A DNA stretch of 64,000 bases from Antedon mediterranea (lineage: Eukaryota; Animalia; Echinodermata), in contig NC_092673.1 of NCBI RefSeq assembly GCF_964355755.1, forward strand, positions 15,968,948 through 16,032,947, read 5' to 3'. Position 1 is the stretch's first letter. Each line of letters begins with the position of its first letter. A program made the translations under genes and the position numbers. The notes under the pieces were generated by a model that made no database searches, was not told the origin of the DNA, and saw only the letters and a list, made by a program, of their open reading frames with translations. Of the stretch, positions 1 through 11,800 are shown piece by piece.

Positions 1-1840
1 AGAAATGAGATACATTCCATCATGCTTTTTATTATAAATCATTATTTCGTTTTTTTTAGTGAAAGATTAAAAGCCATTTGTTTATGTGGATACAGCGCCA
101 CAATCCAGAGCCAACAGTTTTATAAACAAAATAATCACTTGTGTGCAAAATTTTTTAATAAATTGTGTCAGAGAAATGTATATTTTATTTCTATTTGATC
201 ATTTTATTTCTATCAGATACAGTGTACAATACTTTCCTTTATGAAGTACAGTAAATAATTGTATGTGGTTAATTGTAATCTCAATACAAGTTGGTGCTAA
301 ATGCGAGTTGCCGGTACGCAATATGTCTCAGACGTTTATGTTTTGAGGCTTCAACAGGTGTGTCGTACTGTTGGTGGTAATGCAGCCATGCAATTTCCAA
401 CACATGCAAATTCAAACAGGCAGCAGTGAATCCAGGATGTTCAGTGATGCATATGTAGGCTTCTCCGTATTGTAAATTGTCTGACCTTCCTCCAGCCTAT
501 GATTAATAAATAATAGGGCCTACTTCCTGGCAACATCGACATTCGCGATACGTGGGTAGCATCTGGCAATGGCCACAATCACACCTGTTTTATAAAAACA
601 AAAATATTTTGTAATAATAAATAATATTGTAGCGCTCTAGAGCGCTACAATATTCTGAGATGTCACAATTTATAGGGCGCTATATTAAATATTTTTAAAG
701 TTTTAGTGATTATTAATGATTAATTTAATGTATTGTGTGTGAAATAGGAAAATAAATCTGCATCTTGGCTAGCCTTAGGGGTGGGCCTATCTATCTAGGC
801 CTACCCTAGGCCTATTTCAAACAACAAAGTGCAAATTTGTTAAATAAAATGGTCAGTCTAATTTAATACCGTAATGTACATTTTTGCTTTCTACGATTCA
901 ATTTAGCCTAATCTTTATTTCGTTAAAAAAATTCAATCTAGGCCGTAGGCTTATAGACGATAGCCGACCGTCGCCGGTGAGAGGGCTAGCCGCATGAATT
1001 GGAGTAAAGTACAGTAGTAGGGCCTAGCCTCTATCTAGGCCTAACTAAGCCACAATACACACACTGGCATGACGGAAGAATATCGTAGTTATCTACTAGG
1101 GAATTGTTAATTATACAATAAAGTTATACATTAATTTTTAATAAAAGAGATAGTACTACTAACCAATTTAATAACTGGGTTTGAAGTTGAATATTCTCTG
1201 CTTGAATTGTAGGTAGGCCTCCTAGGCCTACTAGGTGACGGTCACCGTCGCCATCTTCTGATGATGAAGAATCGTCAGAACTACAACCGGGCTCGTACAT
1301 GTACGGCCGAATTAATTTCATCGACATTCCATTCAATATTTCGATTGTTAAACAAAATAGTTTCTCCTTCATTCTCCTCAGTTTCGCATTCCACTATCAA
1401 TGTTTCCTCTTCTAATTCCTCTGACGAAGAACTGTCAAAATCATACGCAATACGTGTTGACATCCTAGTTTGTACAGTACAGCTCAGGCGGGCGAAAAAG
1501 TTTCTTCATCTTATGACGTCACTATCAGAGGTTACCGGAAAATGCCGAAAAAACCCGAATAGTCGTGAACTGAGAGCAGTTGCGCGAAATAGCAGAAAAC
1601 ACTTTAATTATGTCCTGAAAACTTTTAATTTATTGTCTGTTTAATATCCATCAAGGAGAACAACTATAATACTACTATTTTACATAAACATCAAATACCA
1701 TGTTCCATGATCTTATTACGATTTTCTGAGGTAAATAATTTTTTTTTTGATCCAATTTTTTTTCAAAGTGAATAACTTTTATGTATCATTAAAATGGCCT
1801 TTAAAAAAAAAAAATTTTTGTTCAGGGGGACAATACATCT
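1..1840. mobile_element. Kolobok-type DNA transposon (right end in window), inserted in an ankyrin-unit intron
   Basis: Ends ...ggggacaatacatCT|TTAA. The empty site 'gcttTTAAgaaaagttccgtctc' is seen in the homologous intron at ~13815. Carries a KolX-like gene. Confidence 0.75.
301..1463 (-). pseudogene. Decayed KolX / P2X7 C-terminal-ballast-like gene (2 exons: 1463-1164, 584-301)
   Basis: IRPYMYEP...LNW|CDCGHCQMLPTYRECRCCQEV...CITEHPGFTAACLNLHVLEIAW...KRLRHIAYRQL; frameshifts, C-terminus missing. Confidence 0.8.
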
Positions 1841-2703
1841 TTAAGAACAGTTCCGTCTCTTATCTTATGACTTTTCGGGGAAAAATGACATTATTAAAGT
1901 TGTTATATAAAATTTGATACTAGTAAGTGTCAATAGATGGTTCTTAAATACATGACCTTTGGTAAATATCTGAAAATTGCACTGTACACAAGGCAAATAA
2001 ATACAGATATGATGGAATTTATGTTGTCAAATATAATTTTCATCCTGAGAATTACCTGAATTTTGTTTATTGCATGGCATTGTTCACCAAATTCCTGTCT
2101 TGGTACAATTGATGATGGGATGGTTTAAGGCTTCATGATATGATATGATCTTCATCGAGTCATGATATGATATGATCTTCATCGAGGAAAATGGTTTAAA
2201 CTAAATTTGTTATCGTTAATATCTAACTTAGCTTAATTATGATATTGGTTTCATTGGGTGTTAAAAATCAGTACTGAAAGTATGTACCAACTTTCTCTAC
2301 CATTGAGTATAAATTCTAGAAGTTGCACTTAATTTACTAAATTTCCCATTACGTAAATTTATATGTAAATTCATTTAACTGCTTATTGGCTTCATATTGT
2401 TAACATCTAAACATTTGTTTGTACAATTTTATGAAATATGTATTTTATTAATGTTCAAATTTTGTGATTGATATTGTACAGTAAGTAGATTTTAATGATT
2501 ACTTACATTAAGTAATAGGCTAACAATCACTAGATCTGATCCATGGTAATATATTATATTTTGTTTTCATTTATCAATAATGATAATTAGAATTTTATCA
2601 CATTATTTAGCAGTAATTGTTGTTGTTTGTATTTACAGAAAAAAACAATTTCACATAATGTCTGTTGTCAGTATTTATAAACTTCATTATGATTCCTTTC
2701 CAG

Positions 2704-2823
2704 TATGGTGACACTATATTACATTCATATCTGGGGAATCGTGGATATACAACAACTATACCTACCTTAGAAATAGTGACGTGTCTCATTCAGCATGGGG
2801 CACCAGTAGCATTGCAAAATAAG
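2704..2823 (+). CDS. Ankyrin-repeat exon A1 (40 aa, phase 0-0)
   Basis: ttccag|YGDTILHSYLGNRGYTTTIPTLEIVTCLIQHGAPVALQNK|gtaatg; fits ankyrin consensus GxTPLH...LEIVxxLIxHGA. Confidence 0.85.
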
Positions 2824-5800
2824 GTAATGTACAGGGATTTGCTAGTGTAATAAGCTAACATTATATAGATCTGCTGAAGTAAACCATTTAATGAGAGAAA
2901 AAAGTAAGCACATTAACAAAAATCAAATTTTTGAATTAGTAATTCGTTTGAACGGATTAATAATCTGTTCAAACGAATTGCAACATATACAACAAGTGCC
3001 ATTTAAAGTATATGTTGTAATTCGTTTAAACGAATTACTAATTTGTTTAAACAGATTACTAATTCGTTCAAACGAATTACTAATTCGTTCAAACAGATTA
3101 GTAATCCGTTTAAACAAATTATTAATTTGTTTAAACAAATTATTAATTTGTTTAAACGGATTACTAATTCGTTTGAACGAATTAGTAATCCGTTTAAACA
3201 AATTATTAATTCGTTTAAACAAATTAGTAATCCGTTTAAACAAATTAGTAATTCGTTTGAAAGAATTAGTAATTCGTTTGAACAAATTAGTAATCCGTTT
3301 AAACAAATTAGTAATTCGTTTGAACGGATTAGTAATCCGTTTAAACGAATTACAACATATACTTTAAATGGCACTTGTTGTATATGTTGCAATTCGTTTG
3401 AACGGATTACTAATTCGTTTGAACAGATTATTAATCCGTTCAAACGAATTACTAATTCGTTAGAACGGATTACGTTCGAAAAACATACACTTAAAATGGC
3501 ATTAATGGGCCTTCGTAACAAACCAACTAAAAAAATAACTAAATAGTTATATATGATTTATGATAACTGATTTAAAGTGTACAGTTACCTATCATATAAC
3601 ATAAATCTTTAATTTTCTCAATGAAAAATCTTCATAGTAACCTACAATAATAATAATATCCTGGATTTATATAGCGCCTAATGTTGTTAAACCTCTAAGC
3701 GCTGAACATTTTCCTGATCAAACACCTATGGAAACATTCTCCCATAACGCAGCTAGTAATAAGCGCAAAGTTGTGTCTTGATCTAACCGGGTTCCCAATT
3801 ATACACCTGGGTGGAGAGAGGCAAACGTAAAGTAAAGTATCTTGCCTAAGGATACAAGCAATGCGGCGAGAGTTGGATTCGAAACTCGATCTCACGATCA
3901 GCAGTCCAACGTCCTTACAATGTTGTTAACATTTTTATGACCTTAAAACAAATATAAATTGCTCATTATTACTGTATGTACTTTAAGATAACGATTGACA
4001 ATGGTCTAATTAATTGTAAATATGAAATAAAATGGGACATGCTACATTTGACTATTAATAAACTAACAAATTAAAAAATGTTTATGTTAAAAATAGAATC
4101 TGATTTCAATAAAAAAGGATTATTAATTGTTAATAACCTGCTCCCGCCCTTTACTTACTTTACAATAAAATACTTCTGTAAGTCTTATCACATACAGTAT
4201 GAATATGGCCTTAAAGAGATCCTTTTCCAAACAAACATTTTGCACAAAAGGAAGAGAAATGTAAATAATGTTTAGTTTAGTAAAAATGTTTGAGCAATGC
4301 GATTTCAAAAAGAAATTTAATATGAAATTATTCTTTTCAAACAGTGCCGTATCTTATCTTATGACTTTTTGGAAAAAATGATTCTATTAAAGTTGCCAGT
4401 TAAAATTTGATATACTGGTAATTAAGTGCCCACAGATGGTTCTCGAATACATAAACTTCGGTAAATAACTGAATATTGTCTAAGTCGGACTGTACACAAA
4501 GCAAATAAATATAGATATGATGGAATTTATGTAGTCAAATATAATTGTCATCTTGAGAATTACCTTAATTTTGTTTATTGCATGGTATTGTTCACCAAAT
4601 TCCTGTCTTGGTACATTTGATAATGGGATGGGATCGTCAATATAGTACACTGGTTTTCATTAGGTGTTAAAAATTAGTACTGAAAGTATTTACCAACTTT
4701 CTCTACCATTGGGTAAAAATTCTAAAAGTTGAACTTAATTTACAGAAATTTCCCATTACGTAAATTTATATATAAATTCATTAAACTGCTTATTGGCCTC
4801 ATATTTTTAATATCTCAACATTTGTTTGTACAATTTTATGAAATATTTATTTTATAACGTTCAAATTTTGTGATTGCCATTCAGGCCCGTATCCAGGGGG
4901 GGGTGCGTTGGGTGCAGACGCACCCCCCCAAGTCCCAAAAGGTCCACTATTTCCTCGGTTGGTATTTTTTCTTGTCTTGTTTAACTAAAGACAATATCAT
5001 TATATATATACAAAATTTACATTATCAATGGTATACAAACAAAAATATGCTAATATAAAATGAAAAAATACCGGTAATTAAATTACGGAATCTAAACTGA
5101 CTACAAACTCGATATAAAACATGCGCAGTCGATCATGTGACGACAAGCAATAGCTTAGCGCTTCATGTACGCGGTACGCGGTAAAGTGTTTGCTGGAGAA
5201 ATACAACTTAACGTCAGGGAACACGTGTACTTTTTGTCGGGGAATATAATATACAGTAAAAAGCGTTCGCGTTCACTTCGTAGCTAGCTTCAGCGCCTAG
5301 AAAACCGCGACGTTTCATTGACCGTGAGAGTACGTCAGAGTGATATTATGCACTTAAAATGCATTCATTATTGCCAGCGATCTAACTTACTACTAAACAA
5401 TAGCTAGGTACGCACTTGTCTGGCGGTATCCCTTTGTACGAATCGTTCAACGTTGGGTCGAGACGCGTGATATCAAGTTTCATCCAGGGACCAAAATGTG
5501 TAATGTGTTATTTTCCAGGCGAAGTTTACCGACGGTTACGTCGTGTACTGCGTCGACGTACGCTACACTACAGCAAAAACGAATTATGTTAATTGTTCGT
5601 TTGTTCACCAATTTTTTAATTTACAAGTAACCTTCTGTACCGTGGGGCACCTAAAATAAATTTTTCATCCATTACTAAACAAAAAAACATGCCATTTTCG
5701 CTTAGCCAACATTATAGCTATAGTTATTACATTTTCAATATCCTGTTTGTCATGAATTTCTCACCACTCGGAAGTCCAGATGGTACGCATGTATATACCT

Positions 5801-8800
5801 GGGAGGAATAAACTTTTTTCCCCGACTGAAAAAGGTCTACGCTTGCGTTTTTTAAGCCTCTAGGCCTGATGTTTCCAAAGTATAAAATGCAATTTTTTGA
5901 AGACCTGCAGCTCTAGTTTTAAACATTTTCTTAGCTCAGCCCCAACAATAAAGCTGGTCATATTTCGAAGAACAAGAAGTACATTTTCCGGGACCTAACA
6001 TCTCTATTTTTCAAGCATTTCTTAGCTCAGTCACAACCCATGATAGGGACTTATATATTTTTTTTCATGTTTTGAAGTATAATAAGTCCAATTTCCGGGA
6101 CCTCCAACTCTATTTTTCAAAATTTTCTTTGAACTTTTATTTTTTAAATTGAAAAATATGGATTGAAACAGTCATCGCGCATCGTTTTTTTGCACGCAGT
6201 ATTTTATTTATGCATTATAAAAAATGGAAAAAATGGCTACCCTAAATCTGATTAAAAAGACCTCAAATGACGCTAGAACGCGTTGCTTCCGGGGGCTTCG
6301 CCCCCTGGACCCACCGGGGGCCCTTGGCGGCCCCTGGCCCTCAGCCTAGTGATGCTCGCTTCGCTCGCATAGCCCCCTCGTCGGGGAATGTAGCCCCCGC
6401 GTCGGGAAGATCCTGGCGCCACCCCTGCTGAGTTGGCCTCATCATGAAAGCGTTAAGTTCTGGTGTCCATCGTTCAACTAGCCCAAGCCACAACAGAGAG
6501 TCTGACATCAGTCTTTAGAACGTCAAATAACGCAAATTTTTCCAGGGCCTTCGGCCCCTGGACCCTGACCGGGGGCCCTTGGCGGCCCCCTGGCCCCCAG
6601 CCATTGTTGCTCGCTTCGCTCGCACCCCCCCATTATAAATGCTGCATACGGGCCTGCCATTGTACAGTAATTAGATTTTGATGATTACTTACATTAAGTA
6701 ATAGGCTAACAATCACTAGATCTGATCCATGGTAATATATTATATTTTGTTTTCATTTATCAATAATGATAATTAGGATTTTATCACATTATTTAGCAGT
6801 AATTGTTGTTGTTTGTATTAACAAAAAAAAAACCAATTTCACATAATGTCTGTTGTCAGTATTTATAAACTTCATGATTACGATTCCTTTCCAGAATGGA
6901 AACACTCCATTACATGAGTGTCTGTGGCTTGGAGACCCTACCTTAGAAATAGTGACGTGTCTCATTCAGCATGAGGCGCCAGTAGCATTGCAAAATAAGG
7001 TAAATGTATAGGGATTTGCTAGTGTAATAAGCTAACATTCTATAGATCTACTGAAGTAAACCATTTAATGAGAGAAAAAAGTAAGCACATTAACAAAAAT
7101 CAAATTTGATTAAAACAAACCAAATAAAAAATAACTAAATAGTTATATATGATTTATGATAACTGATTTAAAGTGTACAGTTACCTATCATATAACATAA
7201 ATCTTTAATTTTCTTAATGAACAAAAAAATCAATTTTTTTTATATATTCAGTTATTAATTAACAATTATTGACAATGGTCTAATATGAAATAAAATGCGA
7301 CAACTACTAAACAATTAAAAATGTTTATGTTAAAAAAATTAATAGAATCTGATTTTAATAAAAAATAATTATTAATTAAAAACCTGCTCCCTCCCTTACC
7401 TTACAAAAAATGCTTCTGTCAGTCTATCCAGCTAATTATGAAAATGGCCTTAAAGAAATCTTTTTCCAACCTAGGGTTCTCACAGATGCTTCTCGAATAC
7501 ATGAACTTTGGTAAATAACTGAAAATTGCACTGGACACCAGGCAAATAAATACAGATATGATGGAATTTATGTAGTCAAATATAATTGTCATCCTGAGAA
7601 TTACCTTAATTTTGTTTATTGCATGGTATTGTTCACCAAATTCCTGTCTTGGTACATTTGATGATGGGATGTTATCAGGTTTCATGATATGATATGATTT
7701 TCATCGAGGCAAATGGTTTAAATTAAATTTGTTATCGTTAATATCTAACTTAGCTTAATTATGATATTGGTTCATTGGGTGTTAAAAATCAGTACTGAAA
7801 GTATTTACCAACTTTCTCTACCATTGAGTATAAATTCTAGAAGTTGCACTTAATTTACTAAAATTTCCCATTACCTAAATTTATATGTAAATTCATTTAA
7901 CTGCTTATTGGCTTCATATTGTTAACATCTAAACATTTGTTTGTACAATTTTATGAAATATGTATTTTATTAATGTTCAAATTTTGTGATTGATATTGTA
8001 CAGTAAGTAGATTTTAATGATTACTTACATTAAGTAATAGGCTAACAATCACTAGATCTGATCCATGGTAATATATTATATTTTGTTTTCATTTATCAAT
8101 AATGATAATTAGAATTTTATCACATTATTTAGCAGTAATTGTTGTTGTTTGTATTTACAAAAAAAACCAATTTCACATAATGTCTGTTTGTCAGTATTTA
8201 TAAACTTCATGATTATCATTCCTTTCCAGGATGGTAACACTCTATTACATTCATATCTGAGGAGTGGATATCTGAGGCGTGTATATACAACAACTATACT
8301 GGTACCTACCTTAGAAATAGTGACGTGTCTCATAATGTCTGTTGTCAGTATTTATAAACTTCATTATGATTCCTTTCCAGTCTGGTGACACTCTATTACA
8401 TTCATATCTGAGGAGTGGAAATACACCTACCTTAGAAATAGTGACGTGTCTCATTCAGCATGGGCCACCAGTAGCATTGCAAAATAAGGTAAATGTACAG
8501 GAATTTGCTAGTGTAATAAGCTAACATTATATAGATCTGCTGAAGTAAACCATTTAATGAGAGAAAAAAGTAAGCACATTAACAAAAATCAAATTTTATT
8601 AAAACAAACCAAATAAAAAAATAACTAAATAGTTATATATGATTTATGATAACTGATTTAAAGTGTACAGTTACCTATCATATAATATAAATCTTTAATT
8701 TTCTTAATGAACAATAAAATCTATTTTTTTTATATATTCAGTTATTAATTAACAATTATTGATAATGGTCTAATTAATTGTAAATATGAAATAAAATGGG

Positions 8801-11800
8801 ACAACTACTAAACAAAAATTAATTGAATCTGATTTTAATAAAAAAAAATTATTAATTGATAATGATTATTAATTAATAATGTGCTCCTTCCCTTATCTTA
8901 CAAAAAAAATTCTTCTGTCAGTCTATCTAGCTAATTATAAACATGGCCTTAAACTACATCTGGAGATCCTTTTCCAACCTAGGATCTTTTTGTGCAAACA
9001 TTTTTTGATCTTCATCGAGGCAAATGATAAATTTGTTTTGATCGTCAATATTCATTCATTCATTCATTCATTCATTCAGGCTTATTGCCTGACTTTATTT
9101 ACTTTAGGCCTCTGGCCCCTAGTAATTAATAAAATAATAATTACATTGAAAAATAAAGCAATTTATGGTCACAAGATAAATGAATTAATTAACTTATAAG
9201 CATGATAAATATATTTAGATAGATTATCAATAATTATTGGATCCTGTGATGAAATTAAACGGCAGAATTTAAAAGTATTTGGATTTTCAAAAAATAAAGA
9301 AGGTATAAATTTTTTTCTGATTTCCTTGTAACGAGAGCAAACTGTAACAAAATGATATTCACCTTCAACTTCATTTATATCACATATTTTACATAACCTA
9401 TTGTTGCGCTCTATTCTTTTCCATCTTCCCTTTTCTACCTCTAGTTGAAGTGTGCCCAGTCTTTTAGTTGACTTAAAGCTCGCTTATATCTAGTATCAAG
9501 GGTCTGTAGTAAGTATCCATCTACTCCGAAATTGTTTTTGAACATTTTATAATATCTTAATTTTGAAGAAATATTTATGCTTTCATGAAAGGATTGGCGT
9601 TCCATATCGGTTAGCCTTTCTTTTATTTGATTAATTATATGAAATTTATCAAGGACATTATTTTGTGAAAACCATATGTTTCCATGACCAATAGAGCATA
9701 ACATATGTTTTACATCGCTTACCCAACAATTACTATTATTTTGCGCTTTATGAAGTTGAGATTTATAACATTTCTTCGCATATCTGTCCTCGTTCATATT
9801 TACTAGTCTTACCCAATAACGGATAACATTGAGTACACCTTCGATTGATAAAGAGAATCGTCTACATTCCCCTCTAATTGAAACATTTGTGGCTGATTTC
9901 CCGACCCCTAAAACATATCTACAGAAATTATTTTGAATATCATCAATTTTGTTGTTGTTTAGTTTTCCCCATATTTCACTACCATACAGTATAATTGGGT
10001 TTATTTTAACATCAAATAAGTTAGTTCCAAATATTCACTAGTAAATGTCCATATTTCTGATATACTATATTTTTGAGTGAGAAAAGTGCTTTATTAGCCT
10101 GTGTATTATTTTGTTCTCTGGCCTTTTCCCAAATTCCTGAACAATCGAAAGTGACTCCAAGATATTTAAGAGATTTTACTATTTCAATTTCTTTACCAAG
10201 TTAATTCCACTTTTCGTAGTTCTTAAGTTTTCCATTTAAAAAAAATACTATTTTACTTTTGTCAATGTTAACTACCAATCCCTACCTATTACAATAATAT
10301 GCTAATTTATTTAAAAGATCTTGTAATGAGTACACTGTATCACTGATTAAAACTAGATCATCTGCATACAGTAGGTGATTAATATTTATGTTATCAATTT
10401 TTATTTTGTTTCGATTTTCAGCAGTATGATAACTCAGTTATATCATTAATTATTAAATAATAATGAAGATAAAGGTGACCCTTGTTGTATTCCTACTTCA
10501 CATTTAAAGGATTCTCCAATTTGTTGCCAACCTTTACATGCCCTTTTAATTTACTATACATTGTTTTTATAACTTTGATTATTTTACCTTTTATACCAGA
10601 TTTTCTTAGTTTACAAGGAAATCGTGTCTAATAGAATCGAAAGCGCGTTTTAAATCTATAAACGCCATGTACACAGTTCCTCGTTTTTTTTAGAAATATT
10701 TGTTAACAATTGTGTATAAAATAAATATGTTATCAATAGTACGACAATCTTTTCTAAACCATCCCTGTTCTTGATGTAATATTTCATTTTCTTCTGTCCA
10801 TTTGCTTAATCTATTGCTTATAATGTATAACAAGCACGAATGTGCAATACTCGGGGTACAGCGAAAGAAGCTGTAATGACGTCATAAGACCGGATGTAAC
10901 GTCACATACACATCAATAACCGCGCTACCAAATACGGCTATACGGTACCATCTTCGAGACGTGATATGGCTGCATCCGGTTTGAAATTAAAAAATCCAGC
11001 TCTATAGATTTGAGGACATGTCCCTGTAGTATATTCATGCTAAATCTGAGCTCAATACTACAACGAATAAGGGAGGAGTAGTACTTTATAAATCGCACTT
11101 TTTGCTCAATAGTGTCCAGATGGAAGAAGAAGAGGAAAAGATGAGAGAGTCCTAGACTCAGGTACCCCGGGTAATAAAACGAGATATACTCTATATCATA
11201 TTACGTATACAGTATATTTCACCATAAAGTTAAAGAAAAATAGGTTTCGTCAGGGCTCGAACCGGGACCTTCTGCGTGTTAAGCAGACTTGACCACCACT
11301 ACACTACAAAACCTCTTACACTAAAAATGTGGGTTACACAAAGTTTTTTAATCCATTTAAATTACAAATAAATATGGTAATAAGCATAAAGCAAAATAAA
11401 CGTGTGTAAAAGTGATAATTACCGATTACACAAAGTAAGTATTTAAAAAAATAATAAAAATAAGATATAGTGTGTATAATTATCATATTGCGTATACAGT
11501 ACTTTTCACCATATAAAGTTTTAAAAAAAAAACCTTCGTCCGGGCTCGAACCAGGTACCTTCTGCGTGTTAAGCAAACGTGATAACCACTCGCCAAGAAG
11601 CCGCATATAACTACATAACGCTGTGGTGTGTGTCACACATTGTGGCTTCTTAATTGAAAAAATTAATTAACAAAAAAGCACGAATGTGCGATACTCGGGG
11701 TGCAGCAAATGAAGCTGTAATGACGTCATAAGACGGGATGTGACGTCACATACACATCAATAACCTACCAAATACGGCTATATGGTACCATATCCGAGAC

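Noticed and set aside
301-1463. Host P2X7 purinoceptor gene
   Set aside because: Only the C-terminal ballast-like domain is present, frameshifted and inside Kolobok termini.
2891-3546. Overlapping ORFs with 7-aa periodicity (LVIRLNK, FKRITNS) resembling LRR or coiled-coil proteins
   Set aside because: They are translations of a palindromic 21-bp DNA repeat, open on both strands; non-coding TE.
11242-11602. Functional tRNA-Val genes
   Set aside because: Stem mismatches (D/T stems in copy 1, acceptor stem in copy 2) and location inside a mobile composite.
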